DNA of 64,000 bases. It comes from Camelus dromedarius (Eukaryota). Location of the stretch: the NCBI RefSeq assembly GCF_036321535.1, contig NC_087437.1, positions 38,690,001-38,754,000 of the forward strand, in the 5' to 3' direction. The position numbers and the translations under genes were made by a program. Shown in pieces: positions 27,667 to 40,894 of the stretch (position 1 is its first letter; each line of letters begins with the position of its first letter). The notes beneath the pieces were generated by a model, which saw only the letters and a program-made list of their open reading frames with translations, was not told where the DNA came from and did not search any database.

Positions 27667-27840
27667 GTTGAGTAGGTATTAAGTAGCATTTTAATGGACT
27701 CCAAGTACTCTGTGACAATAATCATAAGACAATGTTTGCTTTATATGGAAGAGCTTCGAAGTGGGGCAGTACAGTAAAATGTGAGAAGGTATTTAGCATC
27801 TCAGGAGACATTTTTCACGCTAACAGGCCTAGACTGGCTT
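27667..27840 (+). mobile_element. Ancient hAT transposase C-terminal dimerisation-domain remnant
   Basis: Frame reads NGLQVLCDNNHKTMFALYGRASKWGSTVKCEKVFSISGDIFHANRPRL, compared with hAT motif DPL.WW..N...P.L..LA...S...ER.FS.AG.I....R.RL. Confidence 0.5.
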
Positions 27841-30800
27841 ATTTTACCCCTGGCTTATATTCTCACATTCTAGAACAGGCAGCTTTGGGATTTAAGCATT
27901 TGTACAGACTTCAGTGATCCATCTTGGCCAGACGTCTGCTCCTCATCTATCAGTTGAACCCCCACTGAGGCTATAGTTCCTTCCCTGGCAATGCTAACAA
28001 CAATTTTATTCGTTTGTTTGTCTGTCTCAAATGAGGTCTTCCATATTTTATAACTACCACCATTGCACACAAAAAAATAGGTCTTCCTCCACCTGTTGAC
28101 ATATTAAATTAATAACATAATCAATGGATTGATCTACTTTTGTTTTGAAGAAATACAAATAGTCAAAATGACACTGTCTAGGTAACACAGTACATTTCTA
28201 GCAATTGGTATTATAATACTTTTGTTGTTTCTTGTTACCAAGATCAGAGCATGTCTCAAACATGAGACAGTATGCTTAGCGAAATAAATCAAAACAATAC
28301 AAAACTGTGGCTCAAGCACACATATGTAAACAGAAATAATTATACATATGTATATGTAAAGAAAGAAGAATCAGAAAAAAGGGGGGTTGTCATTCAACCC
28401 ACCCCTTACTTTACAAACAAAATCCTACTAACATGTTGGTTTACCTTTTTTTCCTTAGCATAACCAAAAGCCTACATTTTGAAATATCTTGTACATTGCA
28501 AAGTTACTTAATACAAAACTCAGTGAACAACTGCTCTACTGAAAACAATTTTGGATAATGATTGTCGCTACACTGGTGTTATTCATTTGTAGTATCAGTC
28601 ACAGACATATTTATAATGTTCCAATTCATCAGCTTAAAAAATTCAAACAGCATTTAAGTGAAATGTACTAGAGCTTGTGTATTATTAATGACGACAGAAA
28701 ACATAAATATAACTCCTTCTTTCACCCAGGGTGTCCTTAGAAAAATTTGCAATGCGTTTTATAATTATAGTCACATAAACTATGCAAAAGAAAATTTAAA
28801 GTAGAACACAGAGGTTTGATTTATTTGTATTCCTTTTCAACACTGTCTTTCGATGAGGCTTTGAAATAATGAGTACCATTATGTTTTAGTCAATAAAACC
28901 AATACTCTGTTTTTAAGAAATGAATTTTAGAAAATTTAAACATACTTTAACAATAGAAAAATAATATACTGGCTGGGATTCTGTGTGAGTTTCAAAAATT
29001 CTGTCAACAGCATAAATATATTTTGGAACAATGACGTATGAAGACTTTTATTTGGCCTATGAATTTATTTTTCTCTCTACATGTTCTATCTTGAGGAACA
29101 CTGATAGAACAGTTTGCTTCAGCCAGAAATTTTTTTTAATCAAATAAAGTTTAGGGTTTTTTTTCTCTTTATAAATGTAAAAATTCTAGCCACAGAAATT
29201 TTGTATAATACAGAAGAGTAGAAAGAAACATAATTGCCCATAGAACTACTATTAGTAATATTTTTGGTTTAATTCCTTTTGGGTTTTTAATGCATAATTT
29301 TGAGTTTGGTGTTATTTTTCTCCCCTGGTTAGAATAATACAATTTGGTATCTCTTTTTTTCACTAGCTGAAGTGCAAGGAAAGGGACATCAGAATGATAT
29401 TCAAACTCCCATCTCAGTTCTGTCTCTGATTTACTTTTGTCACCTTGACAGATCACTTATTTCTCAAAGCCTTAGGCTCTCATCTATAAAATGTGAGTAA
29501 TACTGACATTTGTCTTTGTGATCTGACCTAACTGAATATATGTCCTCACAATTATTACATTCTTTTTGGTGACTACTGGTGATCTGCCATAATCAGGACT
29601 CCTCTGCAATCACCTGGCTGTCAGAGGACCTGCAGCAATGAGAGCAAAGCTCAGACTAATTTCTTTCAAACATAGGGACATTTCATGACACTCAGGAACA
29701 CCAGTTCTCTGTGTCTTTAGGTTACCTTTCAGTCGTTTTCTTAGAAGTTACACTCCAAGGCAAACATGAGAGCCCTATTTAAAGATAAGGATCAACTACG
29801 CATCTAGTTGGAATAGATGATGACATCTAAAACGCTACTCCAGAGATGTTAGGCTGCTGGACTTTCCAAATTTAATCCACCATTTAGGCGAATTTACAGG
29901 TGTCTATAAAGTATCTCTAACTGATCAACATAGTTAGAACATCATTCATTTCACCCACGAGAAATAACCACTAACATTCCTTATGTTAACTAATGAACTC
30001 TCTAATAAAAAATCACATAGTGATATCTGAAACATGGTATAGATACCCCTAGGGTATAGATTCCTGATCAAAGTCTTTCAAATATTACCAATCACCTATG
30101 GAATGTATATTTCTGATCTGAATATTGAATTGTTGACCAAATGTCTTTACATTAGAAATAAAAACTAACATACACACATTTATAGCCTACTATCTAGGAT
30201 AAAGTACTTTAAAGAAATTTATGGACAATTAAAAACTCTTATATACTGTCATAAAGATTGAATGAAGTCATTCAAATACTTACTGAGCTCCTAACAATGC
30301 GCCAGGCACTATTCTAGGTTTTGAGAATATGGAAATAAAGAAGAAAAATTTTTGCTCTCTTGGATATTATATTGACAAGAGTGCCTAGGCACTGTGTTCT
30401 CAATAAACTTTTGTAGAATGGGTAAACGGTTGATATTTGGGGTTTTTTTTTGCTATCATGAACATGTTGATGATGATGATAATGATAATTTATTACGTAC
30501 CTACTGTATAAATAGTGTGATATATGTATATAGATATATATATAGTAAAGATACATATATATTTTTATAGCATGAGCATTTTTTCTAAACATTATTGTTG
30601 ATTACTATATAGTATCCCAAAGTTTGTAGGCAAAGCAATTTGCTTAACTATTCTCCTATCCTTGGCATAAAGCTGTTTTAAATTTTTTATAATGAAAATA
30701 GTATTGTGAGAAACACAATAGATTAACTGACTTTTGTGATGTAGCCTATGAAAAGCTACATAATAAAACTACTATAATTCTTCTTTCCTACTCTCACCTA

Positions 30801-31084
30801 TATTTAAATTGATGCACTATTTGTCTCTGAGGGCCAAGCAGCTCACCTCTCTGGCAGCGTTGTCATGTGTCCATATTTGATACTGCAAATTTTAGTTTGT
30901 AAAAGGATAGCTTTGGCAAAGACATGGGGAGGAGTCACATGCTTGCAAACTTAGATGAAAAAAAATATATATGTATATATATATATAGTGAGAAACATCT
31001 AAGTATAGGATTCTTTTCTTTCTCCTGTTGTTCTTCCTCCTCCCTTTCTTTCTCCTTCAACTCATTCTTTTTTTTTTAAAGAAG

Positions 31085-32400
31085 TGTTTCCTTGGAGAAG
31101 ATTCCCAGAAACCCTATAGTCTTTTCCCACAGACGACCCCTCTAATATCGAAGCAGCCCTGGGTCACACAGCTCTAGCAGCGGACCTTTGAAACCACCGC
31201 CTGGCTCTGCTGCAGACAGCTTTACCACATGACATTTCACTCCACGCTCGCAGACTTTTGTGTCACTTGGTAAATGAGTCAGAATCAATTTCCAACCCTG
31301 GAATATACTGCCTCCAGATGCTACAGTGGCCACCAAGCATCACGATCCCTCCTAAGGGGTGGGAGGTGTGACATACAGCAATTTGTTCCTTCTTTCTGAA
31401 AGGATATCCCAACATGCCCCAGACCACAGGAGTCTTATAACCCACACTGATGAGGACAAGACCCTGAGCCTTCAGAGGGGTATTTCCTCCCTTTCTGGCC
31501 TTTAATTTATTTGCCAATTCTTGCTTATCGGTCTAATTAACATATCATTGGTAGAATGGACCAAAGTGACGCTCTGCACTTCATTTCAATAGTCCAGGTC
31601 CTTTGGACTTTATGATGACAGAAAAGGAAAGCTATTTCTGACTCTCTTCCTGACAGCTGGAAAAGAATGAATTCACCAGGTCAATGGCTGTGTTCTATAT
31701 ACCTTAGGTCAGATATTCTGCTCTGGCCAGGATATGACATCTGGCACAGTTTACTCTCGTCCTTCAGGATTTGTCTGGTTTAATAGAATATGGTAGGGAT
31801 CACCAATTCTGTGTCCTTTAATGCAAAGGCAATGATAATCTCTACCATTCCCTGTGGGACTTAAAACTGTTATGATTTCCTATTTTTGTAGGGGATAGGG
31901 GAGCAGTTTTAAAGGCTTCCACTTGGTCTTTTCCCTTTTAATAACTATTATTCCACAGACCAAGGAATCAATATGGAGGATCTGCCAACTCCTGAGTATG
32001 TCTATTACAATTATTTATTTAAAAAGTGGGAAGTGCCCATTGGTGGTTCTGTGACCGCTATGAGAAGGACCTGGGCCAAGATTCCATTTATTATCTGACT
32101 CCACCCACTCTCACTATAACAGGGGAATTGCTACTTTATAGGACCCTTCCTGGAAGGACTGGGGAACATTACCATGCATCTTTCTCCTAGGAACTCAACC
32201 TCTATTTCATTAAGTGGTTTCTAAGTTTGAAAACTAGCTCTTTTCTGGAAGCTGGGCAAGGGATTATTATTTTTTATTGGTTCAACTTCCTTCCATTTCC
32301 TGACCAAGCATCTTTGATTTTTTTTTTTGTATATTTAGAAATATCTATCTTGCCCCTTAAGCTACTGTATTCTATTAATCATCTCCATAGCTCCCTGTAT
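31085..32400 (-). mobile_element. ERVL internal (gag end-pro-pol) remnant
   Basis: Minus strand reads NGILAQVLL...VIDILRSWQILHIDSLVCGIIVIKREKTKWKPLKLLP, similar to recalled ERVL GVLAQV...IGIDILSSWQNPHIGSLTCGVRAIMVGKAKWKPLELP. Confidence 0.8.
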
Positions 32401-32460
32401 TTCTAAATTAGCAAAATTCAAAACAGGCTATTTCAAATTAACACGAATTTGCAAGAACTA

Positions 32461-32935
32461 TGAAAGGTCTGAGATTTAACCTTACTTGCAAGCTAACAAG
32501 TTGGCCAACCCAAAGTTGGCCTATAGAACACACAAGACTTCTGGGTCAGAGACATTAGGACAGTTTATTACTCACAACAATAACAGTAGCAGCCAGAGTA
32601 GCGGCATCTTTTGTGTTGGTTCCTTAAGCCCAAAGGGCAATGCAAAGGGGGTTAGATGTTTTATAAGAAAGGAACTCTTGAGTTTAGGGAATCTGAATCT
32701 TTTACAGTGGTCAGTAACATGCCTGCCCTTTGTTTCAGAGGGAGATGTTAACTTTATTAGACTGGGCAGAAAGCAAGCCTACCCTTTGCTCTGGAAGGGA
32801 AAAGTATCTCTATCTTCCAAAGCTGTTTGCTATGACAACATTCTTAAAAAGATAATCAAAACAAAGGGCAGTTGGTGCCTCACTTCCCAAGATGTGGAGA
32901 AACATGAGAGACTCATGGAGAATTGTGTCCCAAAA
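32461..32935 (-). mobile_element. LTR40-like ERVL LTR
   Basis: ctgagatttaaccttacttgcaagctaacaagtt...ctgggtcagagac...tttattactcac...catggagaattgtgtccca. Visibly homologous to the copy at 48459-48934. Confidence 0.8.
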
Positions 32936-33369
32936 CTGATAATATACTTTGGAAAAGTGCACTGTATTTGTTCAGTAAAATATGTATGATCTCCTGAGAG
33001 ATTACAGTGCTGATCCAGGGAAGTTACACATCAGTGAAAGGATCACAGTGTTTATCTAGATCAGTAATTCATTAATGACTGCTTTGTTAGTTGAGATTTT
33101 TAACTTTTGAATTATGTGATGACATTTTATTGATTATGGAGAGGTTGTTTTCTTTGATTCTTATTTGAAATTATATTATATGAATATATGCCATTGACTT
33201 TAAGATCTCAAAGATTATAAAATGTATTATTATTCTATTTACCATTAAGAAAAAAATGAAAAATAACTATGTTACAATGCTTTCTAATCACATATGCTGT
33301 AAACTGCTTAATGATTTGAGAGATATTAAATTACAGAAAATACATATGCCTTAAAATCAATGAAATATG

Positions 33370-33515
33370 TATTTATTTATTGTCTGCCTTTCCCACCTAG
33401 AATAGATTCAGGAGGAAAACAGAAGTTTTGTCCTTGTTAATGATCAGTATGTGCCAAGCACCTAGAACAGTGTTTGGCACATAGGAGATATTCAATAAAT
33501 ATTTGCTGAATTAAT
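33370..33515 (+). mobile_element. L2 3' end
   Basis: agcacctagaacagtgtttggcacataggagatattcaataaatatttgctgaat. Confidence 0.8.
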
Positions 33516-34146
33516 ACAGGAAAAAAACTGTAGACACTATATCCCTCCCTCTTCTATCACTCCCCACCCCCAGATGCGGTCTACAATAGTAGTTCTCAAT
33601 TCTACCTACATACAGAATCATCTAGGGAGCTTTAGAAACACACAAAAGCCTGAGCCTTATCCGAACTAATTAAATCAGAATGTCCTGAAGCAAGATACAG
33701 ACACAAGCATGTTGTAAAAGTCGTCCAGGTGAATCTAATGCACACTGAGACGCTCAGCATGATCCATGCTGCCCCAGTAGTAACATGGACACACGCAGCT
33801 GCCATGCACCTCCACACAGCATCTTCATCTCCATAGGTAGAGATCTGATCACTTGCTGAATGAAAAAAAAAAAAAAAAAAAGCCTTCTAAAGGAAATCAC
33901 AGATATTCCTTTAGAGTAATAATCCAATACATTCTATCAACTCTCTCATTTGATCTGCAGTCAGGTGGGAAAGGGAGCACAAATATTATCATTTCTAAAG
34001 TTAGAAAGAATCTGAATCTCAATGATTTATTCAAATGAAAAGGAAGGATGTGCACATTTTTTTCTTTTCTGTTTTATGATCTCAAAAAAATCAGAAACAT
34101 TGCTCTCAATTATCATTTGTCTCTCTGTATTCAAACAGCATTTCTT

Positions 34147-34255
34147 TTTTTTTTTTTTTAAATTGAAGTATAGTCAGTTTACAAAGTGTCAATTTCTGGT
34201 GTATAGCATACTGTTTCAGTCATACATATATATACATATATTTGTTTTCATATTC
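34147..34255 (-). mobile_element. Young, severely 5'-truncated L1 3' end with perfect TSD
   Basis: Poly-T followed by aattgaagtatagtcagtttacaa.... 17-bp TSD ttcaaacagcatttctt at 34130-34146 and 34256-34272. L1 endonuclease-type TT|AAGA site on minus. Confidence 0.88.
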
Positions 34256-35013
34256 TTCAAACAGCATTTCTTAATGTGTTAGCCTTAGTGAAACACTAAG
34301 GGAAGATCTGATTACTGTGAGCCATTCATTCATGCAACAAATACTCACTGAATACTGTCCTGTTTGTTGGGTGCCTACAATGTCCCACCTGTTACTCTAA
34401 GGCAGCTGAGCTCCCCCTGTAACTTTTTTTCTCTCCAGCAACCTGTACCTTTTCCCAGCCTCTTGCCTCTCACCACCCTCATGACCTTCCTTTGCCTGCC
34501 CTGGCTCAAGCTGGTACTTTAGGGATAGCAAACAGCACAAGTCTATTCATAGGATTCTATTGTTTGGATGACTGTTAATTTCCTGTTATTACAGCATCCT
34601 ACTCTCTTCATGCTTTAAGTAATGATTCTCTCCTCTTTCCTTCCCCTTGTTAGTTTTTACTCAGTGAATTTGGGGCCCCATGAAAACAGACTGAAACATG
34701 CTAAGAATAATATCCAATTAACCACCGGAGGATTAAAGTTTGAGAATGGGGTCAATTTTGGTTTTCGTCTTTCCAGAGAAAGCAACTTAGATTGCTAATG
34801 TGCTAGAAATCATTTTACCTCAAGGGTGAAGGGAGCCATTATATTCTCATTATTATTTTATAAAATTGGGAACATTTGCTAAAATTATAAGAGGGATACT
34901 TCCAGCAACAGGGAAATCTGCACTGAAATGATCTTATGTCCATAAATGAATGGGACTAACAATAAACCATTTTCCTGAAACAACGGTAGACGACTCTTAG
35001 AATCAAAAGTCAC

Positions 35014-35427
35014 TGTGAAGGAAAAGCTGGGCTGGTCTAACAAGATAACTCACAAGTCTAAGTATTGAAATACTGATCTGAGTTCTGCTGGACTAACTTG
35101 TAAATCTAAGTTAATTAGTGTTGGTTTGCTGTTTATGTTTCTTTACTAGCCAGCTGGATTTTCAAAGATACATATCTGGCTTTGGAATGTTGGTTTGCTG
35201 CCTCCCCACCTCCACTTCTGTGATGATAATGCTGCTAAAGCTGTTCCATGCCTATTGGCCGAATACCCCAAGCTTGTACTTTTCCCTATAAAACCTCATG
35301 CGCACGTCTTGGAGGTGCTCAGAGCTTCGGAGCAGAAGCCCCTCTGAGCCCGCCGGCGTAATACATCTGAGTACTCCAACCCTCCGAGTGGTGCTTGTTT
35401 CTTGACTGGCCTGTCGTTTCCGTAACA
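35014..35427 (+). mobile_element. Young ERV1-class solo LTR (414 bp)
   Basis: TG...CA termini, 4-bp TSD TCAC (35010-35013, 35428-35431), inverted CCAAT (attgg ~35254), TATAAAA 35287-35293, AATACA 35360-35365, retained CpGs. Confidence 0.9.
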
Positions 35428-36546
35428 TCACCATGACAAAAATGTAGGCAAAATAGGCAGACTGTCATAATGATCTTTAGGGACAGATTTGATTTCCTCC
35501 TGGGGTATTATAACATTATTAAAAAGTTAATAGGATATCAATTGTCATTAGAAATCTTTAATCCCAAGGATATGTATTACACAATTCTGGTCCTCATTAA
35601 AGAAATGAACATTATCCATAGGTATTTGCATTTATATAGAAACGACCATTCCCTCCTTTGGTTTTTATGTAGTTTCTTTTTAAATTTGAATGAGGATGGG
35701 GATGCAGAATCCATTGTTCCTAAGTACACATTTAAAACCATTACACAAACATATGGTTTGTTTCTTAAATATTTCACAAACACGGTCCACCTAGCCCTTC
35801 ATGTTTTAAACATACTTTTTTGGAAATGTTATATACTATTTCCTTCCTAAGTAAATATTTATTATCACCCTAAAGGATCTAATATGACATGAGCTGGGTG
35901 ACCATACATCCGTGTTTGCCGGGGACAATAAGGAACAATTTAGTCCTGTCCTTACCTTCATAGCAACTATAAGAAACACTTACAGGAAATAGGTGTGGTA
36001 GAAGAATATGAGGGTACAGTTAAGCATTCAGGAGAAGGATGCAGCGTGAAGCCTACCTTTTACAGGTTGAGGCCATTGTTAACTTGTAGCTGTGGAACAG
36101 CTGGTCCACCATCCTCCAGTGAGCGGTACAAACAGATTTATCATGGGTTTCCAACTCAGTTGCACGGTAACAAATACATAGAGGATTACAGCTATAGCAG
36201 CAGGCTTTGCATGCCTTAACCACCTCATTTCACTGCCTCCCACTGTTTACCACCTATTATTTCCTTAAATATTGCTGGTCAAGCCAAAGAAATAAACAAA
36301 AAGCACTGTCCAAAAGCCAGTGGTGGAGTTGCACTCGTATAAAATTGTGGTCACCCAGCCTTCATTTCAGCTTCCCTACTAGCCTTGACTGGATTAGGGG
36401 AAGAAAACATTAAAATCAGGGTAATTCAGCTGCCGTAGTCTGGTATGTTTTCCTCCTAATGATCTGAGGTGGATACAAATACTACTGCCTTCATTTACAG
36501 ATGAGGAAACTGAGATGCAGAGAAGCTTACCAACCTGGCTAGTAGT

Positions 36547-37041
36547 TGTGAACCAAAATACTGCAATGTGAATGAAAATACTGCAATCATATCAGTAAAC
36601 AAAGAATGTTGAAACCAAGTCATCAGCAGCTGCCACCACCCCTCAGTGAGGACAGGCCTGCAGCCCGGCCTCTGCAGCCACTCACAATGGTGCACTCTGA
36701 GCGGACTCAGAATAAGAAAGGACAGGATACTGGCCCTAGGTAGCTAGGTGCTTGTCAGAGGAATGAATTCAGTGAGCCCAAATGTTTGCTTCCTCCCATA
36801 CATAGAAAAGCACTAAATTCTTTAACTTGAGATGCCTGTTTTTCTTAGATAATAAGCAATCTTTTATTGTTCCAACTACCTGGTCTTTGTTGTAAAGCTC
36901 CTGTATGTCCTAGCTCCTCCCCTACCTCTTTGGAGCAGTCCCTCAAAGCCATCTGAGAGGCTGTCATCCTGGCTCGAGTCCTCCCACCAAATAAAACATA
37001 ACTCTTTTAACTTTTAGGCTGTGCATTTATTTCAGTCGGCA
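36547..37041 (+). mobile_element. ERV1-class solo LTR (495 bp) inserted in a MIR
   Basis: TG...CA termini, 4-bp TSD TAGT (36543-36546, 37042-37045), AATAAA near the 3' end. MIR core tttacagatgaggaaactgag immediately upstream. Confidence 0.88.
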
Positions 37042-37562
37042 TAGTAGCAGGCTGTAATGCCCTCACCAAACTGCCCCTCTCTCTTTATAATACAGTATAT
37101 CTTTATTTAAGAGCTTTTGAAGAAAAGTACTGTATCTTTTTCATTTTCCTTTTCCCAATATTTCATGTTCTTCCTTATGGACTGCAAGCAATCAAGAAGA
37201 GATATGACAAATATTTTCATCAATAGTAATCACGTTTTAGATAAATGAAAGCCAATATTCCACAGAAATGTGCTATGAGAATAGTAAAAGTTCAATAAAC
37301 TTTCTTGCTTCTTCCTACATAAAATGTATGGAGATTATGCCAACATTTCCTAAGGAGAATAAGTACTATTAAGTTACTTCCTAATTCTTTAGTCTAATAA
37401 ATTCAATAAAAACTAAACAACATACTTCCCAAATAGATTGTTTAACTGCCACCTCAAGCACATGATTGTCAAAAATACATTCTGAAAAAACAAACAAACA
37501 AAAAACACATTCTAAGCCCCTTTTTTAAACTGTTGATTTTTTCTTTGCAATGGATAAGACAT

Positions 37563-37995
37563 TGCACTGGGTTGAATAATTGAAGACTATCCCCCTAAAA
37601 TTCATGTTTACCCAGACCCTCAGAATATGATCGTATTTGGAAATGTCCTTTGGAAATGTAATTAATTAAGATGAAGTCATGCCAGATTAGATTTGTTCTT
37701 ATAAGAAGGTGATGTGCCTACATGGAGACAGAGACAATACAGGGAAAGCACCATGTAAAGACAGGGGTAGATTTTGTACTGATGTACCTACAAGCCAAAA
37801 AATGCCCAGGATTGCTAGAAGCCAGGAGGGAGGGATGGAGCAAATTCTCCCACAGACCCTCCAGAAGGAACCAACGTACATAGACCTTGATTACAAACTT
37901 CTAGCCTCCAGAACTATGAGAAAATACATTTCTATCATTTCAAACCACCCAGTTTGTGTTAATTTGTTATGGCAGCCCTAGGGAAGTAACATAGA
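37563..37995 (+). mobile_element. MLT1C/D-like MaLR LTR
   Basis: tgggttgaat...ccccctaaaattcatg...ctagcctccagaactatgagaaaatacatttc...atttgttatggcagccctaggg. Confidence 0.85.
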
Positions 37996-40474
37996 CACTA
38001 AAGTCAAATTTTAGTGTTTGTTCATTATTAGATAGAAATTTGCCTCTGCTTCAATTGTTGAGGCATTAGCAAGAAAAACTATTTTACAAATATTACTGTT
38101 TTTATTTCTGTTGTAAACATTCATTGTTTTAATTTACCTAAAATGATCACTTTTCAAAGCAGTATTTAAATATCTTATTTAAGTTTCTGAATAAGCTTAA
38201 TCTCTGCCAGTTAATTATGTGTTGCTATGTAGTGATGTGAACTAGTCCTATATTTTCTCCATTAATATTAGCAATAGATTGCTTCATTCCTGCCTACCAG
38301 AGAAAGCTTTGGGCTTCTCATATTGTACAACTCACTTGACAGAACCTTGAGTCAAAGGCAAGTCAGATCTATACCAGTGTCTCTTCAAAATGATGATCTT
38401 TCCCTCTTGATTGCTTACAAAGATAACAAGAGCTTTGGAAATAATTTTAAGAGCTACATTTAATCCATGTATTAATTGGATATTAAATTACTGAATCATG
38501 AAGTTGCCAATTATTTTGCTAAATTGACCAAAAATTGCTCAAGTCAGTTCTGACTGTATGAAGCCATTTATAATTATACAAAACACTTCAGCCATTTGTT
38601 TTATTTACTCACACAAATCCTCAGGAATATTTTCAGTTTCAAATAAGGACAAGGAAAAATTATTCATACTTAGATTTTTACCTCTGATACCACTTGGCAA
38701 CTGCATTAAATTCTGAAAATATAACCTAAATATACTTAAAAATAATGACAATGTTAATTGAAATCAAGAACTGATAATTTTTTTCTTAATTTAGCAATTT
38801 CTTGGCTTTCTAAGAAATACCACTTAAGAGGCTAAGTGCATTTCCAAGCAACAGGGAGAAATACATGACTTTTCAACCAGTATAAAAGTAGTATTTACAG
38901 TTGGAATTTGTTTTTCAAATTTTACATTTGTGACTTCAGTGTGTTTGAATCACTAGAAAAGCTTACTTGCTGTTGGCATCACCTATAGACTTAAAGATAT
39001 ACTGGCACTGTGTCCTTGGGGAAATAACACAGAAAGTTATGAGATAACAGTGTGATATGAAGGTGATAACTAGTTCTTTATTCTAGACATCAAAATATAA
39101 ATGACAGTTCATTAATTTTTTATACATAAAGGAAGTATTAGACTAGTGGTACAATAATTGAATGGTTTGTCCTCAAATTGTGGGCTGGGGAATATATACA
39201 AGTAAATGTTGTAGTTCCTCTTAATTCATCAGTTATATATATGGACGAGGCTGCTGAGTTACCTCTTCATTAAAACAGACTATATGCTTGCTTATATCAG
39301 GCTGTCAAATACACACAAAATGAATGCTATGCTGTGAAGTTTTTATGGAATATATTTACTAACGTCTATGGCCATCTTAAATGGCTATTGAGAGTTATAT
39401 TAAATGAGGATGCTCTCTAGAAATAGACATTATATAAAAAGTAGAACTGATCTCCAATCTTCGAATGTTTGCTTTTCTAAGCTGTCTAAAAACAAAAAGT
39501 ATAGCATTAATATTCTTTCCAGAAGCCAGTTACTAGCTTAATGTAAATTTTGTCTTATTTGTTACTCTCATGATATCAAATTTTTAAAAATAATAAAAAG
39601 GTCAAGAAACCTTGGGATGTTGGCCAGGGGCCAGCTGGACCTTCACACTGAATCCTGGCTCACAGAATCTTGACCAGGCTACTAGTGTAAGAAGAATGGA
39701 TGGTGGGGTGGAGAGGAAGGGGCCATGGCCAAGCTTGTCTATGAACAGGAAGCACAGCTCAATTCAAGAGCTGAGAACAGGAAATGCCAAAAAAGATTAA
39801 AGCCTGCATATTCTCCTTCTATGCTATATGTATATGCACAGGTATTTATTAATTCAGATATCTGCCCTCAAAACCAGAAATATTTATAGCTGTGGAGCCA
39901 AAGGAGTAAAAATTGGAATCATGGTCTCCGGTCCATTAGCCTTGACTGTGCCCAAGTGCTTTCCTACAGCTCTGAGGCAATGGAAGCCAAGACACGATGA
40001 AAAGGCAGAATAGAAGAGGCTCCCAGGGGCTGTTAAAACCCATTCAAAGTAGGGGTGCAGGACAAAAGTCCTAACCCAATTAAGAAATCAGGGTCAGCAA
40101 CCTATTGGGGAAAAAGTACTATTCCTAGACTTTGCAAAGGTCAGAATCTTTGAACTTTAATGCAAAATAAGTACATTTTTTACTTTACTCACAACTAAAG
40201 ACAAACAAGGCAATCAGGCTTTAGGCAAATCTGTCTGCCCTCTCCTTCTCTTTCTCCACCCCCGAGGCAGCCAGCATTCTCTGGCTCTTCACCCAGAAGC
40301 AGCCCAACCCCATGTCACCAGGATTCAGTGACATGCATTTAGCTACTTGAGATTCTGTGGGGGTGGATAATCTACTTCATTCAGACAGAACTCTGTACCA
40401 AATCACTCATTCTTCATGGAGGACTTGAAGCCTTCAAGTCCTTGTGTTCAGTTAAGGACATTTCAAATATTAGT

Positions 40475-40475
<1 letters not shown>

Positions 40476-40508
<33 letters not shown>

Positions 40509-40540
40509 AGAAGAAGAAGAAAGAAAAAGAACAAGAAAGG
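40476..40540. repeat. Poly-A / (GAA)n purine tract
   Basis: About 30 A followed by (GAA)n. Confidence 0.9.
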
Positions 40541-40894
40541 AGTACCTGGGAGAGTTCATGGAAGTTACAGCAACCCTGTCAGATCTTGGACCAGAAAGAC
40601 TCGGAGATGTCAGGAGAAGGTTCCCGGGGCTTTCAGACAGGGATGCTCCTGACCTGGGCTGTCCTGTCGTGTAGCCAGCTCGCAGTATGCAAAAGTCAAA
40701 TGTGTACGCACACATTGCATTCAAGTGCATCTTCAAAGTGGGGAGCCAAGAAGTCGTCTTGCAGTCTCCTCCTGCGTGGTCCCATGCAGATTAAACCTGT
40801 CGCTTTCAGGTTCAGCATTGACGGTTCTCCCCTCTCTAAATGTATGTTATAGCTAATTTTCCTCCCAGTCCAGTTTCATTCTTCTTAAACGTGT

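Noticed and set aside
32486..32989. 167-aa plus-strand ORF
   Set aside because: Lies almost entirely within the antisense LTR40.
40416..40852. Poly-Lys/Arg ORFs
   Set aside because: Artefacts of the poly-A/(GAA)n tract.
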